Origin: Octopus sinensis | Lineage: Eukaryota | Assembly: GCF_006345805.1 (NCBI RefSeq) | Contig: NC_042999.1 | Location: 61,690,001 to 61,754,000 of the forward strand | Direction of reading: 5' to 3' | DNA: 64,000 nt | Part shown: positions 53,282 through 64,000 of the stretch, one piece after another | Numbering within the stretch: the first letter of the stretch is position 1 | Layout: each line of letters starts with the position of its first letter | Notes under the pieces: model-generated | Databases searched by the model: none | Seen by the model: the letters and a program-made list of their open reading frames with translations, nothing else | Told to the model about the DNA's origin: nothing | Made by a program: the position numbers and the translations under genes

Positions 53282-54861
53282 CATGAATATTTGATAAAAT
53301 ATGTATATAATACTCAACATTACAAATGCATTTGTCATGCCTTAGTCTGTATTAACAAAGCATTTATGGGTGCTATAAAACGCAAAGGAACATAACTTTT
53401 CGTTTGTTGTGAAGAATAGAGAGAAATATTTGTTTAAGTTCGATGAAATTTTGTGATTTGGAGTGGGCATATAGACATTCATTATCTTGCGTCGCCCAGT
53501 TTAAAGAATTAAACGTACATGCATCGAGTTATAGTGACTCACTTGCACCTTCCCTTCGTCAGAAATTAGGTGAATCATTAATTATCTTGCTAAATATATG
53601 CAATCAACGACGCTATATAAGATGTATATATAGAAGTGATATTTAATCAGTATAAGTGAGTTTACATGTATCACAATTAGATCTAAATTACGACAATTTG
53701 ATTGCTAGCCCGACTTGTTCTCTTTAGAGGTTATAAACCCAATATTGCTTCAAAGTAAAGAGTAAGGGGAAAATGTCTTATATAAAAACCATTCCACATG
53801 ATCTATTATAGGTAACACAATATGTTTGTGTGTTAAGTGGTGATAGGCGTAAACAGTCCAGCAAATTGCACTATAATTGAAATAGATTATACGAAGCGAT
53901 ATATGATATAGGCCATTTGAATTCACATATATGTATGTGTGTGTATGTTTGTGTGTGTGCGTATTCAAATATGTATGTGTGTATATATATATATATAAAT
54001 ATATATACATACAAATATATATATATACACACATATATATTTATTTATTTACGTACGTACATACGTACATGTGTATATACTCATATACATATATATATAT
54101 ATGTGTATATATATATATATATGTATATATTGTTTAGTTATCAATTCACACTATATGTCAGATTATGTCTTCCTTTCCTTTCTAATACAAACTGCATTAT
54201 ATCATATGTATGTGTATGTACGTACGTGTGTGTATATATGTTTGCCTCAGTGTGTGTGTGTGTGTGTGTGTGTGTGAATTCTACCCCCTTAATATTTAGG
54301 TGTGTTTATATATTTTGGGAACTTGTTGATCTTGCCCCGATATTTTACACGACTTCAAATGCTAAATAGTTACATAATTAACAATAGGTTATACATTGCC
54401 AAGGCTAGGAGAACGTTACAGTTTGCGTCGAGTTGGACTGATTTCTCAAATGAATTAAAAGAGCAGATTTCAAAACGACAATCAAAAACGAACTAAAATA
54501 ACGTGTATAATATTTTAACCATAATTTTGCGATTAATTCTATCAATTAAGAAAGGATTAGCAATAATTTTCTGGCTAATGTATGTTATTATCTGCATCAT
54601 TTTAACGTGTCACATTAGTTCCTGATTAATTTCATGAATATTTGATTAAGATTGTATATAATACTCTACATAACAAATGCATTTGCCATGCCTTAGTCTG
54701 TATTAACAAAGCATTTTTGCGTGCTATAAAACGCAAAGGAACATAACTTTGCGTCTGTATTGAAGAATAGAGAGAAATATTTAAGTGCGATAAAATTTTG
54801 TGATTTGGAGTGGGCATATAGGCATTCATTGCCCTGCGTCACCTAGTTTAGAGAATTAAAC
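53282..54861. repeat. Diverged ~230-bp direct repeat pair (53282-53514 and 54633-54861)
   Basis: CATGAATATTTGAT...CCTTAGTCTGTATTAACAAAGCATTT...GATTTGGAGTGGGCATATAG...GAATTAAAC in both. Confidence 0.85.
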
Positions 54862-54929
54862 AAAAAGTATTTTCACGAACACATATTAGTTTCAAATTGT
54901 AGCACAAAGCCAGCAATTTCTGGATAGGG

Positions 54930-55100
54930 TACTAGCCAATTAGATCGACTCCACTGAGCACTGGAGTCAATGTAATTGGTACTTGTTTTAACGATCTTAA
55001 AAGAATAAAAGGAAACGTCGACCTCAGAGGAATTTGAAATCAGGACGTAAAGATGGAGAAATACCGCTAAGCATTTTTTCCCGTCGTCCAAACGATTCTA
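54930..55100 (-). mobile_element. SINE family A, diverged
   Basis: GTCGACCTCAGAGGAATTTGAAATCAGGACGTAA...AATACCGCTAAGCAT. Confidence 0.65.
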
Positions 55101-55851
55101 CCACCATGTTACCTTTCTTCAGATAGACATATTACTGTTGCTTTCGTTTTAGCCCCAGATCAGGACGTCCCAGCCGTAACCATTCCAGTTCTAATTCCGG
55201 CATAGTATATCTGGAACTCCATGTATTAATGTATCTGGGTATGCATGGATGAATACATGTATGTCTATGTGTGTGTGTGCCTGTGTGGCTATGCGTGCGT
55301 GCGTGTGTGGAGTAAGTACTTTTTCAGTTAACTGCTCCTCATATTTGATTGAACGTCATCCAAAATAATCAAAACCCTTGAGATGTAGTTTCCTCAAGAC
55401 TCTAATGAACTTGTCACATTGTTTTTTTCTTCTTAAGACCTTAGACAGTCAAGCTTATCTTGTAGGCTCATAAGTAAAAACAGTCTAGTAAGAACCATAA
55501 CTCATTCTATGGGGTTTGAGGCGGAGAGATTTAAGGTTTCATTACCTGGTACGTCTTCCACTTTTCAAAACATTGTGATATTTAGGGGTATTTTGTTTCT
55601 CTGGCATTTATAGCATGGATTGTTACTAACAACCAATAAACTCATTAGTTAGTTCCATTAGAGTAATTTTTTCGCGATAATTTAAAAAATCTAAATAAAG
55701 CTTCTACGAGAAAATGACAAGTCAAATAAAATACTGAAGAAGTTAAATATCTTAAAATAATCAATCCTTCATAATTAATAATTACAACATTTTACTGCAT
55801 AATGATAGAGATAATTATATGAGAAATGCAACATGACATTGTTGTTGTAAA

Positions 55852-55860
55852 TTTATCATC

Positions 55861-55910
<50 letters not shown>

Positions 55911-55930
55911 TATCATCATTATTATTATTA

Positions 55931-55978
<48 letters not shown>

Positions 55979-56248
55979 GTTATTATTATTATTATTATTG
56001 TTATTATATGTTTGACTTTTGCTTTATATTTGTACAAGTTGGCTCCAAGTCTCACCCAGAGACCTCAAGAGACAACAGGTTGGAAGTTCGTATTGTTGTT
56101 ATGCCTAGTGTGCCATATTGGTTTTATATTTAGTGTTGTACAAGTGAATGTCTAAAAAAAACCATGCCAAAATTATGTTTGTTTTAAAACTTGAGATTAC
56201 ATAGAAAGTATTTTGCGTAGGATATGAGCAGTTACCATAAGCACTATC

Positions 56249-56308
<60 letters not shown>

Positions 56309-56321
56309 CATTATTATTATT
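55852..56321. repeat. (ATC)n(ATT)n and (ATT)n trinucleotide tracts
   Basis: Direct reading (55852-56005 and 56250-56321). Confidence 0.9.
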
Positions 56322-56324
56322 AAA

Positions 56325-56760
56325 GAAGCCGCAAACTGGCAGAATCATCAGCACACTGGACGAAATGCTTACCTCTATTTCACCAATCGCTGCGCTCTGA
56401 GTTCAAATTCTCCCGAGGTCACCTTTACCTTTTATCTTTTCGGGGACGATAAATTAAGCACCAGTCAAGTACTGGAGTCGATGTAATTGACTCAACATCT
56501 CCCCAAAAATTTGTGCCCTTGCGGCAAAATTTGAAACCAATATCATTATTATTAAGGCGGTGAGCTAGAGAATGCTTAGCGGCATTTCGTCCTTCGTTAC
56601 GTTCTGAGTTCAAAATACACCAAGGATGACTTTGATTTTCATCCTTTCGAGATCGATAAAATAAGTACTATTTGAACACTGGCGACGGTGTAATCGATCT
56701 ATTAACCCCACCCTCACGAATTTGCTGGCCTTGTACCAAAATTCAAAATCATTACTATTA
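56325..56760 (+). mobile_element. Two tandem diverged SINE family A copies
   Basis: CTGGCAGAATC...GAGTTCAAATTC, and GGCGGTGAGCTAGAGAATG...GAGTTCAAAATAC...CATCCTTTCGAGATCGATAAA. Confidence 0.7.
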
Positions 56761-56767
56761 TTATTAT

Positions 56768-56826
<59 letters not shown>

Positions 56827-57830
56827 CGGTTCTCTTTATCACAAGTTTTGTTGGAGCTCCTGGAGTATTGCATGTGTATCGGACTTGCTACCTGCAGCCT
56901 TTTCTGAGTATTCTGGTCGTGCCAAGGAGGCAAACCTTTTGTAACAGTTCTACTGGGCACTCTTTTTCAATTTCTTTTATATTCCTCTTGATGCCTTGTG
57001 ATACCATTCCCAAGGACCTGACAACAATTGGCACTATCTTCACTTTCTTCATTTTCCATAGCCGGGCAATTTCGTACTTAAGAGAGTTGTTTTTTACCTA
57101 TCTTTTCACCTTCCTTCTTGATTACTGGTAGGTCAAAGGGGCATGCAACATCAACTATATAGCATATAGCCTATATAAATCCTTCTGCACTAGCAGCATA
57201 CTGTAGCAGGTCTCGTTTGATATTTGCGAAATACTCTGCCATGTTTTTTCTTTCACTGATGATGCACTCCCGTACGCTTATCAGACCACGTCCACCTTTA
57301 CACCTCTTCATGTAGAGCATGTGTAAGTTCACCTTGGGGAGGGGTGTGCACCATGCAATGTCATTGTCTTTCGGGTTGTGCGATCGAGTTGGTCAATCTC
57401 CGCTCGTGTCCATTTCAGGATGGGTGGACTATAGTGGATACAGCAACTGCCTGTATGTTGATGGCAGTCACAAGGTACCTTGAGTTGAGTTTTGATATCA
57501 AGAGAAGTTTAAGGTACTTCCAATATGCATCGATGACCTTGTCTTTCATTCCTCTGTGCAAGATACAATCCAGCTCCTGGATCCCAACGTACTGGTACCC
57601 ATCATCATCCGGGTCTTCCATTCTCTCTCTGTTTGGCAATTCTATGCCCTTACAATCTGCTCTTTTCCTCCGTTCCAAAATGATTATCGTGCACTTCCAG
57701 ATACCATATTCCATCACTATATCCTTGTTGCACACCTGTACAGTCTCAACCAGCCTCTCCATTTCGAACTGTTTTAAATCATCCATGAAGAGAAGACAGT
57801 TGCGACGAAGTCCATTCTTTCTCAGCTCTA
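56768..57830 (-). mobile_element. 5'-truncated, internally deleted R4/Dong-clade LINE (RT plus restriction-like endonuclease) with (TAC)n/(TAA)n tail
   Basis: Minus strand: LLFMDDLKQF...GYQYVGIQE...SKLNSRYLVTAIN; GGRGL-like segment; CYIVDVACPFD; C-terminal KVCLLGTTRILRK; tail (TAC)n then (TAA)n. Confidence 0.82.
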
Positions 57831-58454
57831 TAAGGCTATGTAAAATCTTTCAACTAATTATATTGCTCTGATTGACGGTTTCTCACTAATTGTGTGTTGA
57901 ATGATATATTTACACCACGTATAGAATATATATATTATCGTTGGATATTTCAGCTACAAAGAAGTGATTTTGAATAGCTCAAAGCGAAATCGAACGTACA
58001 TCACAACGTGTATTTGCTGAGATTTTGTAACTACTGTACAATAGTAAGACACTTGAATATCTATATACATGTCAATATAGTTAACATTTTCTAGTTACAA
58101 TGTATTTTAAACAATAACCGTTGAGACAGACATTTACACATTTATGCACGGACACACACACATGCACACACACGTACACACGCACACATACACACACAAA
58201 TACACATACAAGTACGCACACTACAGATAGACGTAGTTATGTGTGTGTGTGCGTGCGTTTGTGTGTGTGCATGTGTGTGTGTTTGTGCGTGTGTGTGTGT
58301 ATGTGTGTGTGTTAGTGTGTGTATGTGGTAAATATAGTCCTTCACTTTTCGCGTACATGAAACTTGCAAATAGATGGAAGTGTACTTACACATAAACACA
58401 AGCACACACGCACACACACACACACACATACACATATATATGTAATATATATAT

Positions 58455-58512
<58 letters not shown>

Positions 58513-59749
58513 TACATATATTATATTCATATATGTATTTCTATATATGTTGTACACCTATGTATATGTTTAATTATATGTGTATGTATATCTATCTATA
58601 TACGTGTGTGTATGTGCGTGTGCATGTACGTATGTATGTAATCAATGTGTGCATGTATGTATGTATGTATGTACGTACGTATGTATGTACTCATCCTTGC
58701 ATAAATAAATACAAAAGCATATACTGTTCGGAAAGAAGATATCTTCATATGACAGCAAGTTCTTTATATTAATAGCGATCGATTTTAATGAAATGGAGTG
58801 TTCGGGGGCAAGGCGTTAAAACATTTCTGTCAAAATTTGGCCATTAATCACTCTGGCAACCAACGAACCAGACAGACAGACTATGGTCGAATTCACCGTA
58901 CGATACAAATATTTCCGTTCAACATACTCTTTATTTATTACGTTTTGACTTTTTTTTATATTATTGTTGCCATTGTTGTTGCTATTTTTATTGTTGTTGT
59001 TCTTCTACTTCTTCTTACTTCTGCTGTTATCTCTCTGTTAATTTTTTTTTTTTTTTTGCTAATTTTTAATTTTTGTTTTTCATTAATTTTGTGTTACTCG
59101 AAATATCGTCGATCTGTGTAAATTTTCATCAATTCCAACAGAGAACAAGAAAAAATAGGAAAGAAAAAGTATAATCTCAAGAAATTTTATTAAACCAGTT
59201 ATTGATTTCTTATACACAACGCCATAAATTTGTAGAAGATTGGAATAAGATTGTAAGATGTCATCCGTACCTCCGAACCTTTCTCAAGTGCACTGACGTC
59301 ATAGATTAAGGGTAGAAACTTAGTGAATCTTCCCGTGGAATTCGAAGATGTTTCGTGTCATCTATTTGCAGAAAGCATAGCATTTTTATGAGGGATTTGC
59401 TAGTGGGGGGAAATCAATACCCGTAACCGTTTCAAGGCCTCCAATACCAGTGCAAAATGAGAGAAGCTATTTTACAGGTCAAATAGTACTGACAAATCTA
59501 GCGTCCATCAAACAACAAAAATGCACTTTCTCCTATCCCATGCTTACTTTTCCGCGTACAGAACTTTACTTATAATAAATTGTTTTTCGATCACAAGCTA
59601 TTGTTAAAAAACATTTGCTTAGGGCGTCTTGCGTGGAATCGAACCCAGCTCCACATATTTGTGATTCTAAACCATACCGTCTGCTATACCCTCCACCATA
59701 CACCTGAATAATGTTGTTGCTGCTGTTGCTGTTGAGCGAAGCAGTCTTC

Positions 59750-60048
59750 GTCCCATTAGTGGGAGAAGTCCGAAACCTGGTCCTTTACTCTTCGTAAGAC
59801 CCGCAGAAGAGAAAGCAGGTCAACCCCCCGACACCGAGAGCATCGACTGATATGAATGAATGCACATCCAGGCTCAGCGGTTGCGTAGGAAGTCGGGGAC
59901 AAGAAACAGAAAGAAAGAGTGAGAGAAAGTTGGGGCGAAAGAGTACAACACGGGTCGCCACCACCCCCTGCCGGAGCCTTGTGGAGCTTTAGGTGTTTTC
60001 GCTCAATAAACACACACAACGCCCGGTCTGGAAATCGAAACCGCGAGT
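59750..60048 (-). mobile_element. SINE family C
   Basis: CCGGAGCCTTGTGGAGCTTTAGGTGTTTTCGCTCAATAAACAC...CGCCCGGTCTGGAAATCGAAACCGCG is the reverse complement of the family C head. Confidence 0.8.
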
Positions 60049-60191
60049 TATTCTTTAGACTTATCAGGTGGAAGTAGAGAAGGGGGCATAAAAGTCATTT
60101 CTCTGTCTTCTACTTGTGCAAGTAGAAAGTCTATGAGCAGAATTTGAAATTGAATTCACTTCTAATTTATGTCTGCCATATACTTCATTGT

Positions 60192-60440
60192 GGAAGCGCG
60201 TAGCTTAGTTGTTAGGGTGTCAGCATCATGATCGTAAGATTGTGGTTGCGATTCCAGGACCGGGCGACGCGTTGTGTTCTTGAGCAAAACACTTCATTTC
60301 ACGTTGCTCCAGTTCACTCCGCTGGCAAAAATGAGTAACGCTGTGATGGATTGGCCTCCCGTCCAGCTGGGGTACACATACGCCATTGAAACCGGGAAAC
60401 TGGGCCCATGAGCCTGGCTAGGCTTTAAAAGGGCGCATTT
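60192..60440 (+). mobile_element. SINE family C variant
   Basis: GGAAGCGCGTAGCTTAGTTGTTAGGG...GGTTGCGATTCCAGGACCGGGCG...GTTCTTGAGCAAAACAC. Confidence 0.75.
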
Positions 60441-63066
60441 ATTTATTATTTATATACTTCATTCATAAAAAAGCGAAACTAAAAGGTTCCTATACGATCA
60501 CTCGATCGACCTACTAGGATTAGATTTCACATAGCTAAACATACCGTCTAAAATGAGAAGGAAGGATCTACTGGGTAGTGTAGTCCTGCATATACAAAGA
60601 GACAAGATGGTCAGGGCTAGAACGCCTTTCATTTTAAATTTAGCTTGGAGTTAAACAACAATACAAGAGGTTCTTGGAGTAATATTTATCAGTGAAATTG
60701 AAAACTTGGAATGTTGATAGCATAACATAGATATTCGAGAAAATACAAACAATTAAAATTTCAATTACTGGGCCAATTATTCAAGTATGAACGCTCTATA
60801 CGCTCACATGAGATGCTGGGAATAGCAGCCAATCCACTCTTGAAATCACATCCTACCATCGTATAAACAAAACAAATGGAAGAACATATCAGATTGTATA
60901 TTGTAGGTACAGTATGGATGGAGGTATAAGGCTCTGATCAAGGCTGGGATACGTTTGGTCTAAGATCAGGGCCTAAACAACCCTAACAGGAAGTGTTCTA
61001 TAAACTGTAGCCAGCCTAGAAAGTGGCTTGGCTCGCTGACACACGTACGTTGTCTTCGGCATTTTTTACATTCTCATTAAACAAGTGATTTCATGTACAG
61101 ACATAAATCTTGGTAGTATTGTTCAAATGATATTCTAAGTAGTGAATCCATTTTCCTTTGAGAGTCTCTAACAAATGCTATTAGCCTTTCAGTTTCGTTC
61201 TCCGACTAAGAGGTAAATTTTAATTCATGCTTCCGTCTTTAAATTGTATCAACGTCTATCTTTTCAATGGATGTAAGCGACCTTTATAAAATGAAGAGTT
61301 TACTACATGAAATAGAAGCCGTGACGCATAATCGACCAAAATTTTAAAAAGTAAATAATTATTATTGAATAATATTGCACATAAAGAATAATAATACTAC
61401 ATATTTATTATTATGTGTTTATTTACTATTGTATATAGCTCTGGGCATATATTTAAGCATCCCAGTTTATACTCCCACAATAGAGCAGTCTAAACTTCAT
61501 TTTCAATATCATTCTGCGACAGATACGATTTCTAATTGCCAGGATGAAACTTATGAAAACCACTTACCAACGCTTGGCCAGCACTAAGAAAACTTATGAT
61601 GATATGTGCTTCCCATACATTTGTCTGGACAAATTTCTCTTGAAATGAAACATCTGGTCGATTTCGATATCACCGTCGCAATAAAAGTCTGAGCACTGAT
61701 ACTATTTGGTCTCGGATTTGCGGACGACGAATCCTTATAGTACCAATGCTCAGACACAAACCTGCTTGAATTCATGAAAAACCTAACAAATCTCTGGTGT
61801 CTCGCCGTTGCATTTTGTTTTGTTTTCTCGAATTGCACTGCTATGTTGTCATAGAGCTGTTACACTATACAAATAAATTGCCGAGGGGTCTGTATTTGCT
61901 CATAATCTTCCATAGACTGTCTCTTATCTCTTTATCGAGAGCTTAGGTTTTGTTGACGTATGTATAGAAATCTCCTGCAGCTTTCAGTTTGATTCTCTGG
62001 TAGATGCCCCTTATTAAGGTACTCTATGAGATGGCTAAGCAGGATATTGGGATATATCTTACCAGTGTTAGACAAGGACATAACAGTGTGTTTATCTTAT
62101 ATGTGGCGATACTCTTCTTGATTGTGTAGCAGTATAATGAATGCCTCATTGCCATCCAACTAGAACTTCTACAACCACTCAAGCAGACATAGTTGGCACA
62201 AATACATCAGTATATCATTGAGAGCTAAATTTCCTTCTAGATCATACCAAATAAGCATTTGCATGCTTAGATGGACAAGATCTAAATAATCTTTTATACC
62301 TGTCTCATGTCTACTCATGTCTACTCCATCTTTTTTCCAGGCCAATATATGTATGACTGCATCATTATCCAAACTGTAAGAAAGGTAGGTAAGGTATTAA
62401 GTGAGCATTATGTGGCTCTTATTACACAGAGACTCGCTCGTTAGTTTGTAGACCCGACGTTAACTCTATCTAATGTAAAAACCTCAATAAGCCAAAGTTG
62501 TTTCGATATTCAAAAATCCATTTCCAAAATCATTTTCATTGTCGCATGTAATTAACGGCGTGAAGCTAAAAGGGAGACCTTGGTAAGGGATAAGAAATAA
62601 AGTTGATTTATATGCCGTAGAGACATGGTGTATAACTGACTAAAGGGATCAATCGATCCTGTCTGTCACACAATACACTTACTTGCACTTCTTTTAATAC
62701 ATTCCACCCGCGCACAAGTCAAATAGACATAAACACATTGCACCACTTTTCGGTCTATCAATGCATGACTACATTGGTAGTTCTTGCTTAATGCTGGGCT
62801 CCCCTAATCAATTACAGCTCGTGTTACATTATCCAATATATCCTACATTTTTAAGGACGGAAATTTGAGAGAAATTTGGCCGTAGTTTCTGAGCTGTATA
62901 GCATGGGCATCCTCATGGGCATCCTCATTGGTTAGCTCAGTTAGCTAGAAGCTTCATACAAGTTTCTCTCAGAGCACAGTATATTTCTGTAACTATAAAT
63001 GTTCAGGGACCAAAATTTATATTATTTAAACAAGAAAGCTGAATCGATCCACTCGAAAAGCCTAAA

Positions 63067-63086
63067 CATTGTTGTTGTTGTTGTTG

Positions 63087-63117
<31 letters not shown>

Positions 63118-63162
63118 AATGTTGTTGTTGTTCTTCTTGTTCTTGTTCTTGTTCTTGTTGTT
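63067..63162. repeat. (GTT)n/(GTTCTT)n microsatellite
   Basis: Direct reading. Confidence 0.9.
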
Positions 63163-64000
63163 TGTACCCCCCGGTCACCGTTGACCAAAGAGAACTATGA
63201 CCAAAGATATTCCACTGTTGCCTATTTCATCTTTTTCCAGGCCAATATATTTATGACTGTATTATTATCTAAACTGTCGTTCCCAGTTCTGGCATTAACC
63301 CAAGATGATTCCCTTCCACAAATATTCGTAAATAACTCTGTGAGAAAACATTGCTGCAGATGAAGTTAATGTTTGCCACTTAAATTAGGCACTGAGAAAG
63401 TCAATAACTCAGAAAATGACTGAGTATTTTCCGTAGGAAATGCGAAAACATCCAAAAGTAGAAAACAGGGTTCTAAAGATTGGAGTCTGTTCTGATTTAG
63501 AAAGGAATGATTTGAAGTCCTTCAAAAGTTCTCCAGGAGATATTACCAATTGTTTCAAATTTAGGCACAAGGCCAACAGTTTCAAGATCGTAGAAAGAGA
63601 GTTAGTCGATTATATCAGTCCCAAAATTTAGAGTAAAGATTGAGTGCTGAGGATGCTGTTAACTCCGATTCTGAATGCAGGAGACGATCTTTCAATAAAC
63701 AATGAAACAGCTCTGTAGATATTTCAGACCCTTCCAACGCCACAGCAGAGCTACCTCGAGACAAATAACGATATAATTGACAGAACTCCTGCATACTTGC
63801 ACGAGCTTTGTTGAGTCAGATTGTGCTACTCTGGGCCAGATGTTTCTATCATCCTAAATTGGTACTTAACATAATCAACTCAGGATAAATAATAAAGTAA
63901 AGTACATTTCAACGAGATTTGAACTCAAAACGTAAAGAACCAAAAGAAACAACGTAAGACACCAGATATCTCTGGAGACACCTAACAATGTAGGGAACTA

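Noticed and set aside
63645-63725. CTGAGGA...GAAACAGCTCTGTA hammerhead-like spacing
   Set aside because: Neither stem I nor stem II can pair.

Overview
AT-rich eukaryotic DNA, very dense in microsatellites and repeats. The tRNA-derived SINE families and the (TA)n/(TATG)n/(GATA)n landscape suggest an octopod cephalopod (inference). I found no intact host protein-coding gene. All recognisable coding sequence is transposon debris: mariner, CR1/L2-like, RTE, R4/Dong LINE and Helitron. The main signal is non-coding. A tandem array of ~404-bp units (42868-44618, ~4.3 copies, inserted in (TA)n) carries a complete type I hammerhead ribozyme in every full unit. This is the architecture of a non-LTR retrozyme that would release ~404-nt monomers or circular RNAs. 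Three further unrelated short elements (4.7 kb, 28.1 kb, 42.3 kb) carry hammerheads of the same design: CUGA(A/G)GA core, 44-58-nt stem II insert, 8-nt palindromic stem III and a GUA cleavage site. All are on the + strand and next to microsatellites. A minimal Penelope-type hammerhead lies at 12.9 kb. All structures were read by eye; no folding or database search was run.
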